Shown: positions 1-9,253, numbered from the stretch's first letter. The stretch: 40,739 nt of DNA from an uncultured Gammaproteobacteria bacterium (GCA_964451345.1 CAYVHQ010000004.1:1-40739), one strand, 5' to 3'. Numbers and translations are program-made. The notes: generated by a model from the sequence alone, not told the origin.

Positions 1-656
1 AAGATGGCCAGACAGAGAATAAGCTGTCCGCGGAACCACAGTCCCATCTTCTGCTGCATGCGCTTAAAGACATCCATGACATAATCCTGCTTGTCTGCCG
101 GCGTCAGCGACCAAATCGCCTTGCGGATAATGCTTTCCTGCACAACCATGTAGAAGGTAATGACCAGGACGACAACGAGCGAAAGGATGCCGCCAAAGAA
201 ACCAAAGATTGTCGTGAAGACATTGCCGGCAGCGGACTGGAGATTAGAAGCGGAATTGCCCACCGTGTTCTTAATGTTATCAAGCCAACCATGCGACGCA
301 GTGTAATCGCGAAAGTTGGAAAGATAACTGTTAAAGCGTTCGATATAGTTCGGCAGATCGCTTACCAGCTGCGAGGACTGCTGAACGATCGGCGGGATGA
401 TGAGCAGGACGGCGCCGGCCAAAACAGCCAACATCGCCAGATAGATCAACGTAATGCCGAGTGGGCGCGGAATCTTATATTTCTGCATCCAGTCGATCCA
501 AGGATCAATCGCGCTCGAGAAGACAAGGGCGATGAAGAGGATCGCCAAAATGTCCTTGATGAGATAGGCGAAATATAAGAGAAGCAGCACGACGATAATA
601 CGGACGAGGCTGGCCGTCGTCAGAGTGATGCGCATTGACTGCCGTTCGGTGCTCAT
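1..656 (-). CDS. AI-2E family transporter (3' end outside window)
   Basis: Manual translation from ATG at 656: MSTERQSMRITLTTASLVRIIVVLLLLYFAYLIKDILAILFIALVFSSAIDPWIDWMQKYKIPRPLG...WFRGQLILCLAI. Typical AI-2E/PerM hydrophobic pattern; missing from the ORF track because it runs off the edge. Confidence 0.85.
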   Translation of the reverse strand, partial: MSTERQSMRITLTTASLVRIIVVLLLLYFAYLIKDILAILFIALVFSSAIDPWIDWMQKYKIPRPLGITLIYLAMLAVLAGAVLLIIPPIVQQSSQLVSDLPNYIERFNSYLSNFRDYTASHGWLDNIKNTVGNSASNLQSAAGNVFTTIFGFFGGILSLVVVLVITFYMVVQESIIRKAIWSLTPADKQDYVMDVFKRMQQKMGLWFRGQLILCLAI

Positions 657-684
657 AGGTTTGTATTAGCTTATTAGCGTCGGC

Positions 685-2940
685 TTAGCGGCCGGCGTAA
701 GGGCGACGCGGACCGTTAAAATCACGGCGCGGCGGACGGCTGCCGCCGCCAAAACCGCCGGCACCTTCGGCCTGCTTACCTTTTTCTTCTTTCCAGAGTG
801 GCTCGTTCTCAGCCAGGCCCTTCATCGTCAGGTTAACGCGGCCCATGTCATCAATTTCTTTAATCTGCACCGTGACAGTATCGCCGACGTTCAGGAAATC
901 GCTTGGCTTGCCGACACGATACGGTGCCATCTCAGAAACGTGCACCATGCCGTCGCGGCCAGGAGTCAGTTCGACAAACGCGCCGAAGTCGAGCATACGG
1001 ACAACGCGGCCGGTATAGGTTTCACCCGCTTCGAAGTCGCGAACAATATTATTAATCCATTCGAGCGCCCGGGTAACGCCGGCGGCATCGCTACCACAGA
1101 CCATGACCAGGCCGGAATCTTCGATGTCGATCGAGACGCCGCAGGCATCGATAATTTCATTGATAACTTTGCCGCCCGAACCAATAACTTCGCGGATTTT
1201 TTCCGGATTGATCTGCAGGGTTGTGATGCGCGGCGCGTACTTAGAGAGTTCAGGGCGCGGCGCGGCAATGGCCGCTTCCATGACAGAGAGAATCTGCTGA
1301 CGGGCGACGGCTGATTGCGTCAGCGTCTTTTCGACGATGGCGCGATCAAGACCGATGGTCTTAGTATCGAGCTGGATAGCAGTGATACCGTCCTTAGTAC
1401 CGGTGATTTTAAAGTCCATACCACCTTCGCCGTCTTCAAGATCCTGTAAGTCAGTAAGAACTTCCCAGCGGCTCATGTCCGGAACGGACGCGAGCCCCAT
1501 GGCGATACCTGCTACTGCTTTCTTAATCGGTACACCGGCGTCAAAAAGGGCAAGTGAAGAAGCACAGGTCGAGGCCATGGACGATGAGCCGTTCGAACCG
1601 AGCGTTTCGCTGACGACGCGGATAGTATAGGGGAATTCTTCACGGGAAGGCAGCATCGGTACGATCGCTTTTTCAGCAAGAGCGCCATGACCGATTTCAC
1701 GGCGTCCTGGTCCGCGAGAAGGCTTAGCTTCACCGACCGAGTAAGAAGGGAAGTTATAGTGATGCATGTAGCGCTTCTTGCTTTCGCCTTCGAGACCTTC
1801 GAGCGACTGCTCATCGCCGGGAGCACCGAGGGTAACAACCGACATAACCTGCGTTTCACCGCGAGAGAACAGACTGGCGCCATGATTGCGCGGCAACATC
1901 TCAACATCCGCCAACAGCGTGCGAATCTCGTCGAGGGCACGGCCATCAACGCGTCGTTTTTCATCAAGAATAGCGCGGGTAACTTCGGCTTCAACAGCGC
2001 TTTCCGCTAAGTCCTTAACGGCCGCGGAGCGATTGGCTTTTTCATAACCCTGCTCGGCGAGGTACGCATCAAGTCCTTCTTTGAGGGCGTTAACGGCCGC
2101 CTTACGTTCGCCCTTAGTGTAATACACGGTATTGAAAAGGATGTTCTTGATATTTGCATTCAACCACGTTTCGGCGGCAGCAAAGCAAGCAGCCTTCACT
2201 TCATCAACTTTCTTTTCATCAATCGCGTTAATGACGGCGGCCGGCTTCGGCTTGGCCGGAACAGCAGCTTTCATCTGGTTAATGAGATCAATAGCGGGCT
2301 GCATGGCCTTCTGTCCGGCCATGATGGCTTCGAGCATGACGGCTTCCGGAATTTCGTTAGCCCCAGCTTCGATCATGATAACGCGCTCTGCCGTACCGGC
2401 GACGATGAGGTCGAGGTCGTTATCGACGCGGTCCTTATAGGTCGGGTTGATGAGCAGCTGACCGTTAGAGCGGCCAACACGAACGCCGGCGATCGGTCCC
2501 TTCCAGTCAACGCCGGAAATGGACAGAGCAGCTGAGGCAGCAACTAAGGCTACGACGTCATAGTCGTTCTCCTGGTCGACCGACAAAACAGTCGTAACAA
2601 CCTGGACATCCTTGCGGGAAGACTGGTTGAAGAGCGGACGCACCGAGCGGTCGATCATGCGGCCGGTTAAAATGGCGTCGTCCGAGGGACGGCCTTCGCG
2701 CTTGATCCAGCGGGAACCCTTGATGATGCCGGCGGCATACAAGCGCTCTTCGAATTCGACCATCAACGGAAAAAACTCGATGCCATCGCGTTCGTACTTC
2801 GATTCAACGACGGTAGCAAGCACGACGGTTTCCCCGTACTGGACGAGGACGGCAGCATCAGCCTGCAAAGCGAGGCGGCCCGTCTTAAAAGTCAGCGGAC
2901 GTCCCTGCCAATCGCAGGAAAAAACCTGTTCTTGTGACAT
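685..2940 (-). CDS. pnp: Polyribonucleotide nucleotidyltransferase (PNPase)
   Basis: Two RNase PH domains (FFPLMVEFEER, RREIGHGALA, SNGSSSMAS, GMDFK), KH domain (VIGSGGKVI) and S1 domain (FGAFVEL...GMVHVSE). Confidence 0.99.
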   Translation of the reverse strand: MSQEQVFSCDWQGRPLTFKTGRLALQADAAVLVQYGETVVLATVVESKYERDGIEFFPLMVEFEERLYAAGIIKGSRWIKREGRPSDDAILTGRMIDRSVRPLFNQSSRKDVQVVTTVLSVDQENDYDVVALVAASAALSISGVDWKGPIAGVRVGRSNGQLLINPTYKDRVDNDLDLIVAGTAERVIMIEAGANEIPEAVMLEAIMAGQKAMQPAIDLINQMKAAVPAKPKPAAVINAIDEKKVDEVKAACFAAAETWLNANIKNILFNTVYYTKGERKAAVNALKEGLDAYLAEQGYEKANRSAAVKDLAESAVEAEVTRAILDEKRRVDGRALDEIRTLLADVEMLPRNHGASLFSRGETQVMSVVTLGAPGDEQSLEGLEGESKKRYMHHYNFPSYSVGEAKPSRGPGRREIGHGALAEKAIVPMLPSREEFPYTIRVVSETLGSNGSSSMASTCASSLALFDAGVPIKKAVAGIAMGLASVPDMSRWEVLTDLQDLEDGEGGMDFKITGTKDGITAIQLDTKTIGLDRAIVEKTLTQSAVARQQILSVMEAAIAAPRPELSKYAPRITTLQINPEKIREVIGSGGKVINEIIDACGVSIDIEDSGLVMVCGSDAAGVTRALEWINNIVRDFEAGETYTGRVVRMLDFGAFVELTPGRDGMVHVSEMAPYRVGKPSDFLNVGDTVTVQIKEIDDMGRVNLTMKGLAENEPLWKEEKGKQAEGAGGFGGGSRPPRRDFNGPRRPYAGR

Positions 2941-2948
2941 ATGTTTCT

Positions 2949-3013
2949 GGTCTGCCCGACAAACGGGAGAACTATGGAAAATACCACAGTGCTAGGTGTT
3001 TGGCGGACAAACC
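2949..3013 (-). promoter_or_regulatory. Long stem-loop in the pnp 5' leader (candidate RNase III/autoregulation hairpin)
   Basis: On the mRNA, GGUUUGUCCGCCAAAC pairs with GUUUGUCGGGCAGACC at 15 of 16 positions including G-U, immediately upstream of the start codon. Confidence 0.6.
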
Positions 3014-3082
3014 TTATTAATTAATAAATTAACTCATTAACAAATGAATCAGTAACGATCCATGTGTTAATGTATTAACTTA

Positions 3083-3604
3083 CTACTTGCTTCTTCCCGA
3101 ACCGCTCGTGCCGATGAGGAAACGCCGGCTCTCGCTTAAGTTGGTAAAGTCGTCAGCTTCTTCGATGAGGCGGCTCGAGGTCGTCTGGCGGAAAGCCATC
3201 ACTTCAACAAGGCAGCCTTTCGTGCTCTGCAAATACGCGACGAGCGGCAGATAATCGCCGTCGCCGGTTACCAGGACAATAACGTCGAGCTTTTCCGAGA
3301 GCTTGATGGCGTCGACAGCGATGCCGACATCCCAGTCGCCTTTTTTAGCCCCGCCGGCAAAAACCTGCAAGTCCTTGATGATGACCTGAAAGCCCTGTTG
3401 GCTAAGTGCTTCAAAAAAATTGTTCTCTTCCTCGTTCTCGGCGCGGATAACGTAGGCGATGGCGCGGATGAGTTTGCGACCGGCGACAGCTTCCTTGAGA
3501 ACCTCCTTAAAATTCACCCGGCGCTTATAGAGGTTCTTGGCCGAGTGGTACATATTGGAGACGTCGATGAGGACGCCTACCCTTTGGTCTTTGTGTTTGT
3601 TCAT
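3083..3604 (-). CDS. NYN domain (LabA/DUF88, PIN-like) protein
   Basis: Acidic motifs VLIDVSNMY, KGDWDVGIAVD, LVTGDGDYLPL, L..EADDF. Confidence 0.93.
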   Translation of the reverse strand: MNKHKDQRVGVLIDVSNMYHSAKNLYKRRVNFKEVLKEAVAGRKLIRAIAYVIRAENEEENNFFEALSQQGFQVIIKDLQVFAGGAKKGDWDVGIAVDAIKLSEKLDVIVLVTGDGDYLPLVAYLQSTKGCLVEVMAFRQTTSSRLIEEADDFTNLSESRRFLIGTSGSGRSK

Positions 3605-3647
3605 AGTCTCTTACGAAAGAAAGCGGGGCAGGCCCGCTTTCCGTATA

Positions 3648-4019
3648 TTAAGCTTCTTTAGCGGCGCTCTCGAGCTCTTCGTCTGGGGACTGGTCACCCA
3701 TGATTTCAGCTTCGATGCGCTTGCGCTCTTCCTCTTCCTCGATCATTTTCTTGGCGATGCGGAGCTTGAGCTTGACGGCCAGGTCCATGAAAGCCTTTTC
3801 GTCCTCACGCTGCAAGTACTTCAGCAAACGGCGGCGTTCGCCAACTTTGCGCAAAAGACCGCGACGGGAAGAATGGTCCTGCTTGTGCATTTTCAAGTGA
3901 TCGGTGAGTTGCGTGATTTCCTCGGAGAGGATAGCGATCTGCACCTGCGGGGAACCGGTATCGGTGTCATGCACCTTAAAACGGTTAATCACCCGCTGCT
4001 TTGTCTTCTTATCCAACAT
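3648..4019 (-). CDS. rpsO: 30S ribosomal protein S15 with acidic C-terminal extension
   Basis: DTGSPQVQIAIL...HLKMHKQDHSSRRGLLRKVGERRRLLKYL. True start is M75 of the tracked ORF (4019). Confidence 0.98.
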   Translation of the reverse strand: MLDKKTKQRVINRFKVHDTDTGSPQVQIAILSEEITQLTDHLKMHKQDHSSRRGLLRKVGERRRLLKYLQREDEKAFMDLAVKLKLRIAKKMIEEEEERKRIEAEIMGDQSPDEELESAAKEA

Positions 4020-4108
4020 ATCTATTCGCCGTATCCGAGAACAGTCCGACAAAAGGCTGATCCAAGAAACGGTACAATTAGTTAATAATGCTCCTATTGT
4101 ACTACAAA

Positions 4109-4137
4109 TTGAAATAAAAATCAATACGTCGTATAAT
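4109..4137 (+). promoter_or_regulatory. Sigma70-type promoter, probably giving a leaderless xer mRNA
   Basis: TTGAAA-17 bp-TATAAT, with ATG 6 nt after the -10 box. Confidence 0.65.
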
Positions 4138-4143
4138 ATTGCC

Positions 4144-5106
4144 ATGCCTGCCACTTCCCCTGCCAAAATCACCCCTCTGGACCGCGCCATCACCGATTTT
4201 CTCGAGTATCTCGAGGTGGAACGGGGGTTGTCCAAGCTCACCCTGCGTAATTACGGCTTTTTTCTGAAACGCTTCGCCATATTCGCCCGCGAACGGGGCG
4301 TCAGCCGGCCGGAAGCGATCTCAAAGCTGATCGTCCACCAGTTCCGCCTCCATATCAACCGCCTGCCGGATCGCAGCGGCCAGGGCGAGCTCAAGAAAAA
4401 TACCCAAAACTACCACTTAATTGCCCTGCGGACCTTTCTGAAGTATCTCGTCAAAAACGATGTTAAGACGCTTGAACCGGAAAAAATTGAATTAACCAAG
4501 CAAACCCCCCGCCAAGTGGAATTCCTTGAAGGCAAGGACCTGGAGCGCATCCTTGACGCTCCCTTCCAGGCCAAGGGCGAAGGCGACCTCTCGGCCGTCC
4601 GCGACAAGGCCCTCCTGGAAACGCTTTTTTCAACCGGCCTGCGTGTCAGCGAGCTCTCCAACCTCAAAGTCGACGATATCAACCTAGCCAAGCCCGAATT
4701 CACCGTCCGCGGCAAGGGCAGTAAGCTCCGTCTTGTCTTCCTCTCGGACAACGCCCGCTACTGGCTCAAGAAATACCTCGAACAGCGCAGCGATCCAAAC
4801 CCGTACATCTTCGCCAATGTCAGCCGGGCCGGCGCCTCAGCCGATAAACCGCTGACGCCCCGTTCGATCGAGCGACTCGTTGCCTTTTACGCCCGGCAGG
4901 CCGGTATCATGAAAAAAGTAACGCCCCAGACCCTGCGCCATAGTTACGCCACCGACCTCCTCATCAACGGAGCGGATATCAGAAGCGTCCAGGCAATGCT
5001 CGGCCATGCCTCGATCACGACCACCCAGGTCTATACCCATATTACCGATAACCAGCTGCGCGACGTGTACCAGGCTTTTCATGGCCGCCGGCGAGCGAAG
5101 AAATAA
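4144..5106 (+). CDS. XerC/XerD-like tyrosine recombinase
   Basis: N-terminal SAM-like domain (FLEYLEVERGLSKLTLRNY); RDKALLETLFSTGLRVSEL, GKGSKLR, TPQTLRHSYAT, LGHASITTTQVYTH. Confidence 0.95.
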   Translation: MPATSPAKITPLDRAITDFLEYLEVERGLSKLTLRNYGFFLKRFAIFARERGVSRPEAISKLIVHQFRLHINRLPDRSGQGELKKNTQNYHLIALRTFLKYLVKNDVKTLEPEKIELTKQTPRQVEFLEGKDLERILDAPFQAKGEGDLSAVRDKALLETLFSTGLRVSELSNLKVDDINLAKPEFTVRGKGSKLRLVFLSDNARYWLKKYLEQRSDPNPYIFANVSRAGASADKPLTPRSIERLVAFYARQAGIMKKVTPQTLRHSYATDLLINGADIRSVQAMLGHASITTTQVYTHITDNQLRDVYQAFHGRRRAKK

Positions 5107-5172
5107 AAGGGCAAAAGATTGACAAAGACGGCCTTTATTGATATTTTTAGCTAGTACTCGCGGAAACTTCTG

Positions 5173-5244
5173 GTCCTTGTAGTTCAATGGATAGAACGGG
5201 AGACTTCTAATCTCTTAATGTAGGTTCGATTCCTACCAGGGACA
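5173..5244 (+). tRNA. tRNA-Arg(TCT)
   Basis: Acceptor GTCCTTG/CAGGGAC, anticodon arm GGAGA-CTTCTAA-TCTCT, T-arm GTAGG-TTCGATT-CCTAC; CCA not encoded. Confidence 0.95.
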
Positions 5245-5304
5245 CAAGGATGGATTCGACCGGCTCATTAGCGGTTTTCCTCCGGAGACATAAAGCATTA
5301 CCAT

Positions 5305-5844
5305 ATGTCTTTGTTCATTATCATCGTAATGCTGCTCCTTCTCTTGGTCGTATTTTTTTTCAGCGCCGGGCAATTCTTTAATGTTCTCATCCGCGGACAG
5401 GCGCCCCTTATTTCGACAAGCCGTCGGGTAATTGCGGCGATCTTACGGGAAGTTACGTTACAGGAAGGCGAGGCCTTTTATGAACTCGGCGCGGGCAAGA
5501 CGCGAATATTGCGCGCTTTGGAAAAACGGTATCCGCTGGCGAAGTATGTCGGGGTGGAGTTTGCCTGGTTCCCGTATCTTTGGTCACGGGCTTTAAATGG
5601 GTTAACAGGCCGCGCTATCGAAATGCGCCGACAGAATCTATTTAAGGCGGACATCAGTCAGGCCGACTATATATATTGTTACCTCTTGCCGGATATGATG
5701 GGTCCGCTGGAAGAAAAACTGCGCCGCGAGGGCAAGTCAGGAGCAACGCTCATTAGTCTCGTTTTTCAGCTGAGGACGAGTCCCTATAAGACGGTTATTG
5801 TCAGTCCGCGCCAGACGCTGTACTTTTACAAGATAATACGGTAA
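5305..5844 (+). CDS. Membrane-anchored class I SAM methyltransferase-like protein
   Basis: N-terminal TM helix, FYELGAG motif I, VGVE, NLFKADISQADYIYCYL. Confidence 0.8.
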   Translation: MSLFIIIVMLLLLLVVFFFSAGQFFNVLIRGQAPLISTSRRVIAAILREVTLQEGEAFYELGAGKTRILRALEKRYPLAKYVGVEFAWFPYLWSRALNGLTGRAIEMRRQNLFKADISQADYIYCYLLPDMMGPLEEKLRREGKSGATLISLVFQLRTSPYKTVIVSPRQTLYFYKIIR

Positions 5845-5897
5845 AAACAGATAACCAGGAAATGACTCAGTCGTTTCCTGATGCGATGTTTTTACAT

Positions 5898-5971
5898 GGT
5901 GACTATAGTTTAATGGTAGAACAGCGGGTTGTGGTCCCGTTAGCGAGGGTTCGATTCCCTCTAGCCACCCA
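5898..5971 (+). tRNA. tRNA-His(GTG)
   Basis: G-1 plus GTGACTA/TAGCCAC-C73, anticodon arm GCGGG-TTGTGGT-CCCGT, T-arm GAGGG-TTCGATT-CCCTC; ends ...GCCACCCA. Confidence 0.95.
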
Positions 5972-5976
5972 GGCAC

Positions 5977-6004
5977 AAAACGCCCCTTTTTAAGGGGTGT
6001 TTTT
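5977..6004 (+). terminator. Intrinsic terminator after tRNA-His
   Basis: AAAACGCCCCTT-TTT-AAGGGGTGTTTTT hairpin with A and T tracts. Confidence 0.85.
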
Positions 6005-6125
6005 GTATTTTAGAGAGTCTCCACAGAATTTCCATTTTTTGTCGTTTCGGGATTGTGACCGTATTGTGACCTAAAAGAGCTTTCCATGGTAATTACTTTA
6101 AACTATAGGCAATATAGGTTTATTA

Positions 6126-6154
6126 TTGACATTAATTAAGAAATATGCTATATT
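6126..6154 (+). promoter_or_regulatory. Sigma70 promoter of the first cassette gene
   Basis: TTGACA-17 bp-TATATT with extended TG. Confidence 0.75.
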
Positions 6155-6306
6155 AAGAAATCAATCAAACGTTCTTAGATAGTAGGTTATAACCAAAAGA
6201 TTCGTATTCAAGTAGGGATTTTCTGGCTGTGACCACAAGGGTCGTAGTTCCCGCCTGCGGACAGTGGGCAAAATCTGGGCAAACAGTCCAACAAACTACA
6301 TTAACA

Positions 6307-6924
6307 ATGAAATATCCAAAACTCAACCTAGGCCAAATGGAGGCTATGGTTAACAAACTTGGCGGGATGGCGGGAGTAAGCCATTTTCTGTCAGGCGCAT
6401 CATCAGTCATTACAACCACTTCTCTTTATAAGAAATTTACAACATGGAAGACTGTTGAAATTGGAAAATATTCGGAAGAAGAATACTACGAAATGCTTAA
6501 AAATGTTTGCAGCAGCAAAAATAGTGTCACTGCCAAATCGCTAAGTCATATTATTTTTTTAGCTTCAAAGCATAAAAATGTTGACTTAGCTTTAGTAAGC
6601 AATATTGATTTAGGTTTCAATTCAAGCACAACTCAAAAAGAAATATATGAACGTGCACTTTCTTTAGGTTTAAAATTTTGTGGAATTGAAATCGCATTAG
6701 CATTGCGTTTGCAATATCTTGACCAGCCAAAAAATGAGACAATAAGAATGGCAATGGAATATATAAGTATGTCAGAAGGCGAGGGAATCTTTCTTCTCTC
6801 TTCTAGTGCTGATCAACTTGATATAAGGCTTTATCCTCATGAAAACCAGGATAAGTGTTATAGAGGCGATGACCCTACTACATACGCAAAATATGTTTTT
6901 GTAATACCTCCCAAGAACGATTAG
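6307..6924 (+). CDS. Hypothetical protein (family recurrent in CPR)
   Basis: LGQMEAMVNKLGG...IYERALSLGLKFC.IEIALALRLQYLDQP. Start placed at ATG 6307; followed by a terminator at 6948-6985. Confidence 0.75.
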   Translation: MKYPKLNLGQMEAMVNKLGGMAGVSHFLSGASSVITTTSLYKKFTTWKTVEIGKYSEEEYYEMLKNVCSSKNSVTAKSLSHIIFLASKHKNVDLALVSNIDLGFNSSTTQKEIYERALSLGLKFCGIEIALALRLQYLDQPKNETIRMAMEYISMSEGEGIFLLSSSADQLDIRLYPHENQDKCYRGDDPTTYAKYVFVIPPKND

Positions 6925-7039
6925 TTTAAATAAATCAACAATATTTACCCTATCCGCAGAGATTTTACGGATAGGGCGTTTTTTTACCTAAAACTTAAAA
7001 GTTGTCCAGCCAATTAGACAAATCGCCCAAACGTTGTAA

Positions 7040-7072
7040 GTCCAAAGTCCTGAACACCTCACACAATTCACC
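7040..7072 (+). repeat. 33-bp junction repeat, copy 1
   Basis: GTCCAAAGTCCTGAACACCTCACACAATTCACC, then hairpin AAAATGCCCCTTTTACGGGCTGTTTTT. Confidence 0.97.
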
Positions 7073-7146
7073 TGACATAAAATGCCCCTTTTACGGGCTG
7101 TTTTTGTCTACAACTATAGAGTATACTGAATATATCACTTACATAT

Positions 7147-8226
7147 ATGACAATATTCCAAAAAACATCACTATCTTCTCTAGCAGGAAGCATTCCAGCC
7201 ATCGCCGTCATTATTTTGTTGCTCAGCATAACACATGGTTATATTAATCTAGATATGAGTTTAGGCGCCGGATGGTTATTAGCTATGTTCATCTTTTTTG
7301 TTCTCCCTTTTATATTGGTAATCATATATTTCTGGCTCTTTAGATATACGTGGAAGAAGCTATCTATTAGTAACGCAGCAAGCACCATCACAGATTTCCG
7401 TTGGAAATATGCAATCGTTTCATTTTTCTGCATGGTTATTATAATAGGCTGCGCCTCATGGGCAGTTGATGCATATATTATCTATCACCAAAAGACTATT
7501 AGTACGCATAATCAGATTGCCAGAGAAAATGAAAAGCAAAGATTGATCAATGAGAAACTGCGGATTCAGAAACCGCTTGCCGCCCAAGAAACTCCCAATT
7601 TCATCGCCACGAAAGCTGAGGATGTTATCTATAAGGGAGAAACGTATCCGACGATACGGATTGGAGGCCAACGCTGGTTCGCCAAGAGTCTGAATGTGCC
7701 AACAATCAACTACAATGATTGTAAAGAATATTGGGATAGTAAGAATTGCCCGCTTTACGGCGTTTATACGTGGCACGAAGCAATAAACTTACCCGCCGGA
7801 GAAACGCCAGATGGTACTAAATTAGTACAAGGAATCTGTCCAACGGGTTGGCACATTCCAAGCCACGAGGAATTCCTTATTCTCGAAACGACACTCATGC
7901 CTAACTGTGGACCAAATCGGCCGATTGAATATGCAGAGGCTAGTTTTTCATGTATACCAGTTGGTGACATGTTGAAAAAAGAAAAGAATTGCTTCGGGCA
8001 ACAAAATTGCAATCGTTCGCTCTTCTCTATGGAGACATCGGAGTATGAACAAAGCCATCGGACAAAATTCAACCTTCAAGGAAATGAAGGGTATGTATGG
8101 ACAAGCACTAAGGCACCGCTTTATGGATCCATTATTACTCGTGGTTTTTCCGACTTAGATGCCGGAATAAAAATTGAAGCTATTAACACAGGAGATAAGG
8201 GCCAAGTTCGCTGTCTGCAGGACTAG
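7147..8226 (+). CDS. Membrane-anchored FISUMP (Fib_succ_major) domain protein
   Basis: Three TM helices, then YPTIRIGGQRWFAKSLN, YTWHEA, QGICPTGWHIPSHEEF, WTST, VRCLQD. Confidence 0.9.
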   Translation: MTIFQKTSLSSLAGSIPAIAVIILLLSITHGYINLDMSLGAGWLLAMFIFFVLPFILVIIYFWLFRYTWKKLSISNAASTITDFRWKYAIVSFFCMVIIIGCASWAVDAYIIYHQKTISTHNQIARENEKQRLINEKLRIQKPLAAQETPNFIATKAEDVIYKGETYPTIRIGGQRWFAKSLNVPTINYNDCKEYWDSKNCPLYGVYTWHEAINLPAGETPDGTKLVQGICPTGWHIPSHEEFLILETTLMPNCGPNRPIEYAEASFSCIPVGDMLKKEKNCFGQQNCNRSLFSMETSEYEQSHRTKFNLQGNEGYVWTSTKAPLYGSIITRGFSDLDAGIKIEAINTGDKGQVRCLQD

Positions 8227-8263
8227 CAAGAGCACTCTTCAGATAAAACACCTGCTCAGTTGC

Positions 8264-8298
8264 GTCCAAAGTCCTGAACATCTCACACAATTCACCCA
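8264..8298 (+). repeat. Junction repeat, copy 2
   Basis: GTCCAAAGTCCTGAACATCTCACACAATTCACCCA, then AAAATGGCCCTTTATGGGCTGTTTTT. Confidence 0.97.
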
Positions 8299-8385
8299 TC
8301 GAAAAAATGGCCCTTTATGGGCTGTTTTTGTAATAAAAAAAGTGGCTATTTCTAACCACTTATAGTGCCCGCTATTCTCATAGAC

Positions 8386-8694
8386 TTACATAATCCCTAC
8401 AACTGTCCCAAAAATGACCGCTGGAAATACGTACATAATATACCCGCTCTGACTCGGAAAAACCATGATCATTATCGATGCCAGGATGACCGCGACAGCG
8501 ATTCCGCACCATATTACATCGTTTTCTGAATTATCTTCTCTGAGTTTTCCTGCTACTAGTGCCGAAACTAAAAAAACCAGAGAGAAAACAATTGACAGAC
8601 TGAGCGGCATTAGAAAACAAATTGAGCCGAATACCGCTATCGTTGCTACGATAACCGTCGGAAACCACGGCAGCCTAATTGATGGATTTAGCAT
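8386..8694 (-). CDS. Small four-TM hypothetical membrane protein
   Basis: 102 aa, almost entirely hydrophobic; promoter-like sequence upstream and hairpin downstream. Confidence 0.7.
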   Translation of the reverse strand: MLNPSIRLPWFPTVIVATIAVFGSICFLMPLSLSIVFSLVFLVSALVAGKLREDNSENDVIWCGIAVAVILASIMIMVFPSQSGYIMYVFPAVIFGTVVGIM

Positions 8695-8840
8695 TTATAC
8701 CTGCCTTGAATGATTTAATTATTAAATGAACTAATAAGCTAAATTAACACTTTTTTTAGCGCATCGTCAAGAACAACCATTAATGGATAATAAAAAAGGT
8801 CAACCATACAGTTGACCCAGAAAACGAGAGAGCGCATTGA

Positions 8841-9089
8841 TTATTCTAGCCAGTCTAAGTCCTTTAATGTTTGGCATTCATCGCACAGTTTTTTAGGCGG
8901 AGTTATATAACTTTCCGGTTTTGTGTCTGCTAATGCACCACAAGCTTTACAATAAAAATACATTGGGGATCCTGCTCTCAAGGAAGCATTATTTATTTTC
9001 TCCTTTGTAGCATTTTCTGTACGTCGGTCTTCTAAAGCTTTTAAGGCAGCTTCCTTTCCCTTTGTCGTTGCGAGATTAGTGTTCTCCAC
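8841..9089 (-). CDS. Small Zn-ribbon protein
   Basis: CKAC...CDEC. GTG start at 9089 after a GGAG SD; promoter TTGACA-17-TAGTGT at 9174-9146. Confidence 0.75.
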   Translation of the reverse strand: MENTNLATTKGKEAALKALEDRRTENATKEKINNASLRAGSPMYFYCKACGALADTKPESYITPPKKLCDECQTLKDLDWLE

Positions 9090-9218
9090 TTTTGCTCCTG
9101 TTAAGTTATTGATTAAATAATATTTATTAAAGTCCTTAATAGCCCACACTACTACTTAATTAGTGTCTTGTCAATATTATTTGTTAAACCGTTTAGACGG
9201 GCCATCTGTTGTATTTAA

Positions 9219-9253
9219 GTCCAAAGTCCTGAACACCTCACACAATTCACCCA
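9219..9253 (+). repeat. Junction repeat, copy 3
   Basis: GTCCAAAGTCCTGAACACCTCACACAATTCACCCA, then TTCCGAAAATTCAGGCTCAGAAGGCCTGTTTTTT. Confidence 0.97.

Noticed and set aside
940-2995. Many ORFs overlapping pnp (similarly GH3, nrdJ, alaS)
   Set aside because: Shadow ORFs of GC-rich coding sequence with no recognisable motifs.
5737-5976. 79-aa ORF MPGWLEGIEPS...
   Set aside because: Antisense translation of tRNA-His.
7040-7072. dif/pdif modules
   Set aside because: No resemblance to the XerC/XerD 11-6-11 consensus; only a weak TGAA-N12-TTCA symmetry.
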